DNA of 55,907 nucleotides, the filler included, from Catajapyx aquilonaris (taxonomy: Eukaryota), in the NCBI GenBank assembly GCA_000934665.2. It is 2 parts of 2 records of this genome, joined end to end, with 100 filler letters (N's around TTAATTAATTAA, not from the genome) between each part and the next. Parts side by side here need not be neighbours in the genome. Positions count along the whole stretch, not along the records: positions 1 to 27,916 come from KZ539260.1; 1 more part is not named here. One strand, given 5' to 3'. The translations under genes and the position numbers were made by a program. Positions 1-12,900 of this stretch are shown here, piece by piece. Within the stretch, counting starts at the first letter, position 1, and each line of letters begins with the position of its first letter. Under the pieces are notes generated by a model. It did no database searches, was not told the origin of the DNA, and saw only the letters and a program-made list of their open reading frames with translations.

Positions 1-3000
1 TTTCAAAGGGGGTCTGCCATTATTCCAATGCGATTTAACGATGAACTGGCGGACAACCTTGCGGGGTACCTCAAAAGTGCCGACACATAAAAGAGGTGCA
101 AGTTCATTTGCTCCACATTGAAGAGGGTGGGGTGTATACATAGTTCACAGCGCGTTTACAATCCCCCTTTTCCTTTTGTCCGCTTTCGAGTAGCAATCAC
201 ACGGCGGGCGTCTGACCAATATCCTTCTCTAATTCACTTTTCGCCCACCAACTACGCTCTTTCTAAAGCCCTAATCCGACGGATCAAAAAGATTAATCAA
301 CCCTTGAATACATATCGACCAGCATGCTACCTCATATTAAATATTAAATAATCAAATATAACAAAAGTTGGGCAAGTCAGCAAGTAGGAAAATAATAATA
401 ATACAAAAGTAAGGAATTGTGAAATTCTCACGCTTCCATAGAGATAACGAGCACGCTTCTCAAAACTTTGCTCCTCCAAATCTGGCTTGGAATTTACAAG
501 ACTTCTTCCATCCCGACCAAGCACTGCAGGCTGCAGTAACGAGGCTAATTCATTAAAGAGGGAACAATGCAGCCGATAAGTTACACACATTATCTCCCAC
601 CTCATCCAGCCAACTTGGAGCATCCATTTTCTAAGCCTTCTGCCGCTCTAGAAAAATGACGGAAAAGAAAAGGGTCCGTCTAGGCTAATTATTTATTTCC
701 TTGTTATCTGGCATCCCTCTGCCGGAGAGAGATGCTACTGTCACTTCGCAAGGATGACTACCAGTGACTTCCAGAGTCATTCATCACTCCTAGAAAGGGT
801 CAGCCAGTCTGCTTCAGAATTAGATCCCTCCAGTTCTTTTTTTTTGCTGGAACTGGCCCCAGCAACAGAGATGTATTAGAGTGGTATTGTTCGGGTGAGT
901 CATAAACTAGGTGGAACAGAACGGAGAGTTTGCTACTTCACTTTAAGTATAGCGTGCGGACTCAATAGTGGGGGAAGGGTGGTGTTTATTTTTAGAGAAT
1001 GAATCCCTGCCAATATAGAAGTGGTAATGGCCGACACGGAGGCCGCAAGAAAATAACCCGAACGGTCTGTAAAAATCTCCTGGTAAAAAAAAATGGCTGG
1101 AACTAGGCTTTATGGCACGTGAGAACTTTGACGACCATTGCCTGCACCGTAAAAGGCCCGTAAACCAAGTCACACACATTTTTAAATCACTTGTGACAGA
1201 AATGTTTGGCCAGGGATAAGCTTCATTTCGCACATGAACTGGAGTGGTGAAATGGCTCGCACTGAGAGAGTAAACCCTATCACACCCTCCACTTCACCAT
1301 TTCGATGCAAAATTTATGGCAACCTGTATGAAGTGCATGCTGACGCCACGCATCATGCGAAAAACGCTGTCACTGATGCTCTGCTTCCTCAACTTTCCCA
1401 TGGTTGGTATGCACAACTTTTTTTTTGTGTGCCCTCAGGCAAAGTGTGACAGATATATATGCTGGGCACTGCAGGTCCGTATAATGCATGTTTTTCTAAA
1501 TACCTGGCTAGAGAATGTTATCAAATAACATGAACGGAGTCATAAAAAATGTAAGTGCCGGTATATTAAGACTGTTGATATACTTGAATGTTTACAACTT
1601 TGCACTTTGCCTGAGGCTCCTGTTGAATAAAAGAATCCATAAAGCTTCATGCTTCAAAAGGATCTTGTGCTTTAATCCGCCTCTTTTTTTACTGGCGGAA
1701 TTTTCATTTAAAAACTGCCTAGTCTGCCCACTATTTTTAGCATCTCTATATACCCATGCATGCGGAAATCCCTATTATCGCAAAAATACACCGGCAGTAT
1801 GATTTGCAACGGTTAGACTTTTTTATCATAAAAAAAGAGCAGGAGCAGCATGGCATATATACAGTAGTTGGCTCTAATTAACGTTCCAATTACGAGTCTA
1901 GTGTGGGCCGAGTCCCAGTTAACGCAGTTATTGTCGCCAGAGACCGGACAGACAATTTGCCAAAGTGATGAAGCTAAAACTACTCCTAGACTGATGACAC
2001 CGACCGAGCCTCTTGGCGGCCTCTGAGTAAACACACGTGCACGAAGCTATTTGCAGCAGACGGGGCCTATTAATCGCCTCAAATGCGACTACCACCCATC
2101 CCCCTTAGCTCTTGATCCTGTCCTTAAGACATTGGCATACAGGGGAATATACTTGGCCTCAAAGCCAAAAAGTCTTCGGAATTCAGACCCACATCTAAAC
2201 ATTTACCTTCCTCATATATATATAATTTTTTTTAAAGAAGTTTTAGTGGGGGGTTAGTGTGTTTGGAATTTGCTGGTTGGCAGAAAGACGTACACCCACA
2301 GGATGAAAGTGTCGTTGCCATCTCTCATGGCGTTATTTCGGTAGTGAGTGAACTAGGGGCCTGCCGAGTTCTAATCCGGCGTACTAACAAATTGCTCAGA
2401 GTGCACAGCACGTTTCTAGGCCAGGAAGAATTGTGACTGGAGGTGGAGTGGGAGGAGATTTCCCACAAAATTCGACTTTGCAACGGGGGCAACAAGTTCC
2501 GATTAGTCGTTCAGAGTGGAAAAAATCGCGTCTTATATACGTTACTTTTTTATCGTGCCTCCCCCTACCCTCCCTGGAGACTGCAGACTGCATTTTTGCC
2601 GTGAATGTCCAGATCAATTTTGGTAGCTATCCAATTTCTGTGTTGGATCACAGCAAACTGTTGGGGACCCAAAAAAAAACTGTACAAAAAAAAAACATGT
2701 GCTACCGTATACCAGTCACAACCTAACCCAAAGGGGAACTGGATGGTATACACGAGTCAACTGGGGTCCAAATGTAGCGGACTGTTGACATATTTATACA
2801 CAGCATATGAACCATAGATGAACCGCACCGCTTCGTCTTCCACTCTGACACGGTTATTCCCCCCAACCCCCCCTCCCAGCCAATAGAGACATTAAAGTGC
2901 TGGGTACAATGATGGGGACTCATGGGGAGAGGGGGCCGCCTGACGCCTACATGACTCAACACAATGGGGAGGAGACGATTTTCATGATCCTTCCCCCAAC

Positions 3001-6000
3001 ACCACTCTTGTCCCGTATGGCGTTAATAATGGGAGGTTCAGAGAAATTCTGCGGCTTCAACCTCTCTGCATTGTACGGTTCCTATAGATACCGAAAGGCT
3101 TCCGATAATTCTACATACCGCCCACACTTTGTATCGTGCCGAGTGACTGTATTCAAGTGTGACATATCGGATATACTGCATACATATACTGTACAGGCTG
3201 AATTGTTGAGGAAGGTCGACACAGTGTAAATAGCGTCTTGTGTACACGAGCTGCATAGGGCAAGCGTCAATCACAAATATTTGTGGTGACGCTTATAGCG
3301 AATTTACTAACATGCGGTGTTGGATAATTGCGTTTCCGGGCAAATGTTTCCTGGCGCTACGCAACAATCATAACTCCCAACTTGCGTGTCTTTAAAATTA
3401 TATACAGTATAATAACCGGTCACCAGAGGTAATTAGTGTCAAAGACGGCCATATTTAGGACTGATTAAAAAAGCACAAAAAATTCTACTTCCTCTTGTTT
3501 AACTAAAAATAGTCGCTGTTTCAGCAGATCAACAGAGGTTAATCTGTGCCCGTTTGTAACGAGCCGATAATGCCCGCCTACTCAACATTCCTGGGATTCA
3601 TCCTGGAAGTCAGATAATCCGTTCGACTTTCCCGGCCCACCTATTTCCGCCCTCTCAGGGACTAGAATTTAAACTATCGAGTATACTGTAAAAGGTACTG
3701 TACACTGAGCCATAATCGCTTCAGATAAAATGGTTTCATTAAGAGACGGTGGGTGAGTATTAGATTTAAAAATTATCTTCATGTAGCCTAAATTAGCTGC
3801 GTTAGTCAAACCTTTCAGTGCTGTCCGTATGTGTCCGCAACGTATTATTTTTTGCTCGTAAATATATCGCTTAGTCTGAAAAGAAATGGCGACCATTACT
3901 CATGCGACATCAATAGGAAAATTCGCTTGCTCCACACTTTTCGCTTCTAAAGCAGTTCTGCAAAAAAAAAATGGAGAACCTATACCGCGCCTCGCAAATT
4001 ACCCCAACTTAAAATGCTGTCCCTGTCTGTCCTGGGACATTTATTAAAAGAGGGATGGGGGGTAGACAGGGGTTGGGGAGGATGGGGGACACTTTGTGAA
4101 TGGACGAGCAAACTTAGTTTCATTGGAAGCCCATCAATCTGAACCAATGACCCGGAGAAATGGAGGCCCGTACATCCGTGGCCTTCTCAATCCCGGACTA
4201 AGAAAGTGAGGAGCAATTCCCAAGGAAATGTCTCTTCCGGCAATCTATAGATCTGATTAAGAGAATGAAATACCGCCTTCTCCCAGTATAAAAAAAAGAG
4301 CTGGAAAAAAACGGGTCACTTTCTTCCTATCCTACATTTTTCCAACAAAATCTAAACAGCCGGTGTCATATGCCATCCGCCCGAATTGCCTCACGTAATT
4401 AGAGTTGTGAACTGCCTTTTTATGACTTTTTTCCCCCCCTCTAGCTAGGAGAGGGTGTCTTAATTTACAGTAGCTTGCAAGAGCTCGTTCCAGCACCCTT
4501 CTCTTTGGGGATAGCAGAAGCTTAGTCCCCGAGACCCCCTCAGGCATACGTATGAGGTCCCCGGATTACACCACCAGCCTCCAGAATGAAGGTCTCCCGG
4601 ATCAAAAGCGGCAACTTTGACAGATACGACGGCGGAGTGAAAAAAAGGGGGGGGGGGGNNNNNNNNNNNNNNNNNNNNNNNNNNNNNNNNNNNNNNNNNN
4701 NNNNNNNNNNNNNNNNNNNNNNNNNNNNNNNNNNNNGGGGGGGGGGGGGGGTCCGAGACACCCTCGTTATCTGCAAAATGCTCCGGACCTCTAAATCCTT
4801 TTCACGGCCGTGGTGTTGCCGTGAAAACTGTGGCCAGATAAGCGGAAATCCCTGGACTCTCCATCGGCACGTACCTTAGGGCGGACCTACCCTTTCCTTC
4901 CTTCCTTCCTTTATTTTTTGTGTGTGCTTTGAACGAAGGTAAATAAAAAGAGAGAACGTTTGACAGACGCCAAATCGTCCGCCATTCTCATGTTAATTTT
5001 CAGCGGGCAGCAAGGATACGATGTCTCACGGTTTGGGCTTATAAATGAGGCCACGTGCGGAACACCCAATATGACGGCCATATTACGACCTCGTCAAGTC
5101 TGAAAGAGCTGGTCGATCCCCAAAATTCGCGAGGCCTGACTACAAAAGTGGTTCAATAGCAATTTTGCGGATGGGCGTACCAACACGGCACTTTAAAGAT
5201 ATTACGGTTTTAAAATAATCATACTGGACGTTACAGATACTTGAATCGACCATGCGCTTTAAAAAAAATAGGTATTTACAATACATAATCACTGGCTATA
5301 ATTGAATTATGCATATAGCCAGAAATTCCAAGAATGTTCTTGGCACGATGTTGCATACTTAGAAGGTAAGTGCCAGGAGGGAATATCCGGATGGTCGAGG
5401 AAATCGTGACTTGTACAACTGCCCAGACCGGACTTGAACCCTTCGAATCCAGATAGGCCGAGGCATATTTCACTGTGCGCCTCTTCCACCATTTTTTTTT
5501 AAATCGCAAATTAGCAAGCGGAGCCGGTAAATAATACGACGCAAAAGGTTTTCCAGCAGCGGATAAACCGCATCAGCGATGTGGCCATTCGTATCTTTCC
5601 CAATATGGTCGGCCACCTGACATCAAAGTTGTGGGTCCAATTATTCCAAATTGAAACGTTAAAATGCCCACAGGGTGAGGACGCAGACCCGAATGTCAGT
5701 CGCAGTTGTTTTGTGCACTCAATTACAAAGCCAAATCCGGATCCCAGCAACAATCCTCTCTCATTGACGCACAAAAAAACCGGGTATAAACTATACATAT
5801 GCCTCCTGCACGTGTCAGCAGCCGTTTTTGGGGCCTGGAGAAAATTAATCACTAATCCTTTCATTGCGGTAGTTGGGACGTCCATGTTACACAACCCGCA
5901 TTGATTGTCCCCTTCTCGCCAAGCACTCTGACAGAGTGCTCTCTTTCCAGTAGGGCTCCCCTCAGGAAGAATTCATCCAGCCAACTACTAGAGGGACTTT

Positions 6001-9000
6001 TGGAATTCACTCCTGCGACACCGGCTGTGTTCAACTCTGGCTAGGGGGTGGGGGGGGAAAAAAAAGAGGACGCACCCCATCAGTCAGCGGAAGACTCTGG
6101 ATTAGTTTCCTCGGAGAGTTCTTCCAGCCTGAAAAATGCGATTTCTCCAGTCAGTTCTCACTCGTGGGGTAAGATAGCCTCCGTCTCCAGGAAGCAAGTT
6201 TGCGGATTCCTGGAGCGACCTCCTCGGTCGGGGTGCCCCATGCATTAAAATCCGATTTCCCTTCTGCACCAGCCAAACCGGGCTTTGGAGTCCCAAAGCG
6301 CAGTAAACGAGCCGTTTCATGACGTCTTCTTTCTCTTCCTGCCGTTTACGGTGCTGATGCTGACTTGCGGCGACGCGCCGCAAAAACCGCAGAGTCCTGG
6401 CGCTTAGCGCCCGACCGATTAAGTGACAATGATTTGTCGCCACCACGACTCTGTAATGTGTTTCATATTATAGTTTCAGCAGGCGGCCGCAAATAAAACG
6501 CATCCATTCGCCGATCGTTATTGCAATAACGCTATAAATTGTGCTCCATAAAGATGGCCGGTGCTTATTTGACGGTGTTTTCACTGCATAATCATGTGCA
6601 TAGGTTCGTCGTTATGGGGGGGCAGGCCCTGCTGGAAAACGAATGACGGTTGTGTTGGAGGGACTGTACCACACCCCTGCTGCGACACATGCTGCAAATG
6701 CTGGGTGGAAAAAAAACCAGTTCAAATGACAGTGGTACATAGGCAAAGGGAATGCGGCCGCTTGATTCATTAATAGACTATAGCTCTGTGAACCACCAAA
6801 ACTCTGCTGTCTTGGTGGTAACGATCCCAAGTTTGAGCGGTACCAAACTTCAAAGCACTTCCTCCCAAGGACTGATGGAGAGGTCTCTCAGGGTAGAATT
6901 GTAATTTGATTCGCGGCTTCGTGTCTGGTTCCATGCCGTAACATTTCTGACTGTATAGAGCCAAGTGTTCCGGGTAACAGGTTGCCGACTCCAAACCAAA
7001 CCATTGTGAACAAAGATTCGTGTTATAATGGAACTTCCAAGGATGTAACACTACACCATCTTGAGAGCCCTCTGTAGGAGTCCAGATTTAATATTCAGGA
7101 AGGATAGCAACTGATGAACCGCCGTCTAATCCGGACAAAAATCACCCACCACATGCACCCACCGCACCACCCCCTTCATTACATCTCCTTTTAAATTACC
7201 CTTAGCATCTCGGTTGCGGCGGCCATTCCTCAACCTTCCTTTCCTCCACCGAAAAAGACCACGTGCTGAATTCCCCTCTAATTCAGTCTCATTTGCAGGC
7301 CTTTCTTGTCCCACGTCTCAATGAGAAGAAACGCGTGAGGAGGAAGGGAGAGGGAAAGAAAAGTGACGCCCAAGAATCCTGCCTCTGGATTTCCTCCATC
7401 TCTAGCTCTATATACTCTCTCGATCCTCCTCCTTCTATACCACTCTGTTGTTAGGAGCTAGTCCCCGAAAAAGTCTTATTCTTTCTCTTGGAGCGCCCCT
7501 TGTTCGAGTCGAATAAGGCGAGACGCGGCTGAGAATGGAACGAGGGCCTCCCCAAAATAATGCCAGCAGCTCTCGGATTGATGGACACTCTTAGGCCCCC
7601 GGTTCCCGATTATCAATTTGTGTAATTACGTCTTTTCGCTCCCAATTATCATTACGGAGCGGCGACGCACCGCACGTCTTCCACGCGGAGTGAGACTAAG
7701 CTCGCGTCGACTCTGCTCATGTCTCTGTCTGCAGTCGACCCAACTGGGTGAGACGTAAAAATAATGGAGGCAACTTTCTACAGCGGTGCTGCTGCTGCAC
7801 CGGGTTATTTGTCTAGACTTTTTAAGAGACTCCCCTGTGTCAGCTTTTAATCAAGCACTTTGTTCCCTTGTTTCAAACTCGATCCAATTCGGCCCCCCCG
7901 TCTGAGATGAATGCTTGGGACCTGGAAGTTCTGAAATGCCTGGCCCGGCACAAAAAAGGGGTCTTGTTCGGAAGAGTGCTTCATCATGTCAAGCTGGTGT
8001 CAAAAATATTTTATTTCAAATCCTCACTAAGCAACTTGCTTCTTCCCCATTTTGTGCAGGGCTGAGAGGGTTGAGTCGTGCAACTGAATGTTACAGGACA
8101 TAATTATACTGTATACCGGTACTGTATGTGTATGTTTGTACACGTAGCTAATCTAAAATGCAAACGAGTCTGTTGTGGCAGTGTTCTACAGTATTTCAAC
8201 TCTCAAACAATATTATGAATCCTATAGCGAGATATCATAATTAGAATATATTTTTGTTGACTTTAGCGGTGGAGTTGCCCAACTGTTTCTATGCCAACAT
8301 ATACGTTTGTCCCTCCCGCCTGAACCCGAACCAGCATCAATTCATCCCAATTGGTGTAAGCGTCCCCCAAATCCCCAACTATCATATCACTAAACTCCGT
8401 ACCGGAATAGTTGACAAAAATCCACGTGGAAATCGCATTAACCCCCGCCATTTCACTGCGCAACGCCCAAACAAACTGCGACCCCAACAACCGTTCCAAC
8501 TTTGTAATATGAACCCCTCCCCTCTGTGCCATGTGGACCTAAAAGCCACCTCTCTCTCGATACCTATCCACATCAAAGCTGACTCATTCCACCTATGTGA
8601 TTATCCGTCGCCTGCTTTTAGCAGATGAACCATCCAGGAAACAAGCCTGCATTTTCCTCAACAAAACGGCATATATGGAAAAGGGGTGCATGGGGTGCAT
8701 CCATGGGGTGCAAGGGATGCAGGGGCGTGCAGGTGGTGCAGCAGCAGGGCACATCATCTGGCCCCGGTGAATCTTTTGTCACGCCTCTAGCCCCAGCACC
8801 GGAGCTACATGGGCCGAACCCATGCACGTGGAAACTGGTCCCCTCTTGTTGCTGCCATCATGGTCCACGGGGGCATTAAAAAGAGAGTCGTGACAATGAT
8901 CGGGGCCTTGTAGGATCGTTTTCCAGCCCGATCCATCAAGGTCCATCCAGGGGGACATTGGGACACAAAAGAGTGTATGCCCAACACGAATCGAGCCGCC

Positions 9001-9929
9001 CCACTGATTGATGGCTCCCAGTGCCAGCTGTAAAAATCGGCCTGATGTAATAGATGAGGGTGGAGTCTGTTTTTGCAACATGTGCTTGTGCCTGTAAAAT
9101 ATGGGAACCGGGAGATTGATTCTAGCGGGGTTGGAAGTATTTGGTGTTCCTCCTTGGACTCTCAGATGTACTGTATATAGGGTGGTCACTTGCAATTCAG
9201 GATGCTAGGGAGCATCAATCTGAAGTTGGAGCACAATCTCCTATTACTGTACAAGAAGATGAGTGCAAAGCAGTGGCAAAATGGCGAACTCGTGTAATGC
9301 CAAAATGTCCACTCGATTCAGTACTGAGCCTACTTGCATCGGATTAGTGTTCCCTGTATACCGGAAGGAACCGACTTACTGCAAGTTTCCAAAACTTGGT
9401 CGCTGCTCCGGGGGTTAAAGCACATGGTTGTTCACTGAGCATTGAACAAGATGCAAGAGCCTGCACGAAACTTGACTGCGCTGTATAGGCCAAAGGTTAG
9501 AGAACAAAGTCCGCATAGTAGTTTCACACTCTGATGAACAGCAAAATCTGCTTGGACCTAATTGAATCTGATAAAATTCCGCAAAGTTTGGATATTTTGA
9601 AATAGTCTTATTTTACATTCTTACGCGACTGCAAATTAAGATACCGTAAGTTATATGAAATATTATAGGTATTCCGACGTAGATCATGAACGTGGCGCTA
9701 ATATTAATAGAAAAGTTTTTTTGTAGAAATATGTTACGGATTAATTCTCCTCCTGTTTCATCTTATCCCACAAAATGATTCACTTTGCATCATTCAATAA
9801 TTCACCTTCTTTCATGCGATGATTCAATATGCCCCACACCGTGGTTCAATCTGCCCCACCCCTGGGACACGTTAAATCACTTACAGTGCTCTAATAAATT
9901 CAGTGAATAATGTTAAGATTTTGAAATAA

Positions 9930-9991
9930 TTGTTAAGATTGTTGTCTTTCTTGAAGCACTGCTGCTTGAAGAAAGACAACAATCTTAACAA
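9930..9991. repeat. 62-nt near-perfect hairpin
   Basis: TTGTTAAGATTGTTGTCTTTCTT / AAGAAAGACAACAATCTTAACAA (23 bp), one mismatch, then AAGCA/TGCTT and a 4-nt loop. Confidence 0.85.
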
Positions 9992-12900
9992 ACTAATTAA
10001 GTTAAAATATTTTCGGAAAGAAATTGAAGTCCAAAACATTATTCAACCCTCTCAATATCCTCCATGAACTACACAGTTTTTGAAGTGTTTTGTTATGGTT
10101 GCGAGTAGTTGTTTATAAGCTTTTGCATCATAATTTCGTAGCCGCGGGACTAATTTGTTAGCACTGTAAACATAGGTTTCATCTCGCTCCAACTACATTC
10201 TTACATGGCATAATAATATATGGTGGTATATATGTATTTTTGAATGTCAAATTCCTGCGGGGATGATTTTTTTTTCTAACCTGCGTATAACAGTTTGGCA
10301 TGACAAATATAGCTTCAAAGTCGCTCCAAAGCAACGTGAGAGGTTCAAGACATTCAGAAAGCGACATTAACAGTGTGACCCTGTTTTCAGAGGTGTAAAG
10401 TATATATAGTACAATATCAGAAATGCAAGCGTGAGAAACCATACGGCATTACCACTGAAAAGCAAGAGATGGCCTAATAAAATGCGGAGGAAAGAATGTA
10501 ATCGTAATTATTAAAAGCATTATTACCGTAATTTTCACGTCGTTATTGCCTACCCATTCTAAAGATACGGTGGAATTTAATGGCCTCCCAAGACTTTCGC
10601 ATTGCGTGTTTCGTAACCATAAGCGCAATATTTCATCCTGACATGACAACTCCCACACTAATTCATTGCCCGAGAATTCCACACATGTTACACTATCCAG
10701 ATTATGGTGACGTCATTTCGCACTCGGGGAAAAGGGCAGTCATTAACAACAACGATGGAGGCCAGGAGGGGAAGAAAAAAAAAAGTTGCATAACCGTAAA
10801 GTAGACATTGTAATCGCGTTAATTGCTACCGAGACAGAAATAGTAGTTATCAAATGCCTCGCGTGCAAACGGCCAACCAGAATGTTCTTGATATCATTCA
10901 TTACGTATACCCTGGCATAGTGCAGTGGCTCTCGACCCCTACTCAAATATGCCGCCAATCAGTATACCTGCATTATAGTTTACTGGGTGCGTTACCACTA
11001 TAACACGATCAACTGCTTATATAATTGTGCATATCATTAGTCATAAATGACTACAAATCCTCCTAATTGCAAAGTGGGCCGTAATATTCATACCCCTGGG
11101 CATGTGACCTCTTCAGCTTCTCCCACCAATGAAATTGTGGGGCCTGCACCCACAGAGGCCTTATAATAATTATACCCCCAGTTTTTTGTTTGTTTTTGTT
11201 TTGTTTTTGTTCGCTGGTGCGTACAATATTAACCCGCAGAGGCTGTAATCCCTGCGTATACGTACTGCAGGCCGGTAAACCAGAGAGTAAATATATTTAT
11301 TATTACTCATTCAGGGGGTCCAAATTACTTTAATAATACACCTGCCATGTTACTTTCCTGGACCATCCGTGCTGCATTAATTATTACGACGGCAGTATTT
11401 TCGTGTATAAACCCGCCCCCTTGTGACTATCGATGGACTATCCTGATTTTTTTCTGCACGCATACAAGCCGGCCACTCTCGTTTGAAATTTTAATTAATG
11501 GGAAGCTACTCCAATTTTTCCTCCAAGTATGGCGCATGAATAATGGTATTTTGTCATTGTAGCCAGCAGCCACTTCACATATGAAAATGATGAGATCAAA
11601 ACACCTGAGCGCATTCTTCACATTGTGCATCAATTTGATGGTGTACCACTATGGTGTACCTGAACAACTTCTACTGTAACCTCAATTAGGCCTGGAAGGT
11701 ACTCGATGATGGGCCGTATGCAGGCTATTGGGAACAATCTGACAAATTGCGTGTTTGTGCTGTTCCGGTATTATTTGATCCAATTAACGTACAACTTTGT
11801 TAGATGTAGCGTTTAACATTGCAGCCGATTGAATGGTAATTATAAAAATATTATTCGCGCACCGACTGATATTCGAAATTAAATTAATGTCACGAGCAAT
11901 AATAGTCATTGTTTAATGTAATTGAGATTTTCATGTGTTACCGTAGTTTGGTTGACATGGTACTGTGGGCGTCTCATTTTTTAAAAATATGCACGGTATA
12001 TATCTGTGAAGGCCTAAAATGCAGAACCATCAGAGTCATACTTTAGACGAAATTGGGTTAGGCACTGTACAATGTGTAGTTCTTGACGCTGACTATACGC
12101 GATGGTTAAGTCAATTTTGTTCTCGTCTACGTATTTTAAAAGCCATACGAAATGTTTGAAAATCAAATTATCCCCTAAGATGTAATACAACCTTCAAATT
12201 TGAAACCCTCGTGTCTCCTAATTATTAAAATGGGACTGTAATAGTTCTGCCCTCTAGGTCTTCGTATGATTAGATTGAGAACAGTTTCTAAAATCACATG
12301 GCGTCAAAATCTTTTGAAGAACTTGCACTGAGAACTTTGGGTGCATGGAATAGAGCTTGTAAAGTTGTTATCTATTCTAAATGATTTAATTCCCACTGCA
12401 ACAGCTTTATTTGCATACTGGAAATTTCCTGCCCAGAGAGTTTTCAGTATATAGATTGATGTTAAAGTATACCCAGCATGTGTTATGCCATTGACACCCG
12501 CATATACATAACATGATGTGATCTATCCCGAAAGCTGAAAATTGGCAATAGGTTAGTCATGTTTTTCTGCCCTCTGGGCCTCCCCTGGGTTATTGTCATA
12601 CCCTATGCATTTAAATGGAATTTTGCAAGTACTCAGTTGGCTTCAGTTAATATGGTATGAAGGTTTTGGAGTTTAATTCACCATGCTTAAAATAGCAGTT
12701 CAAATATGATGAAGTCGATATATATTTAGTCATTAATCGGGTCATCCATGCGTAGCTTATTACTTTTTGCATGAAAAAGCAGAAATCTTCATATACCTGG
12801 TGAAATCCATGTACCTACGTAATGTAATGAAAATTTATACCTGAGTATAGGACTTGTTAACATATTTACTTACCACAAGTAAATATATTTCAATAACAGT

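Noticed and set aside
5900..7500. GC-rich stretch with several 60-114-aa ORFs
   Set aside because: No recognisable domain or consistent splice-phase chain; cannot support a gene call.
8685..8800. GGGGTGCA repeats with hAT-like ends
   Set aside because: No matching TSD and weak TIRs.
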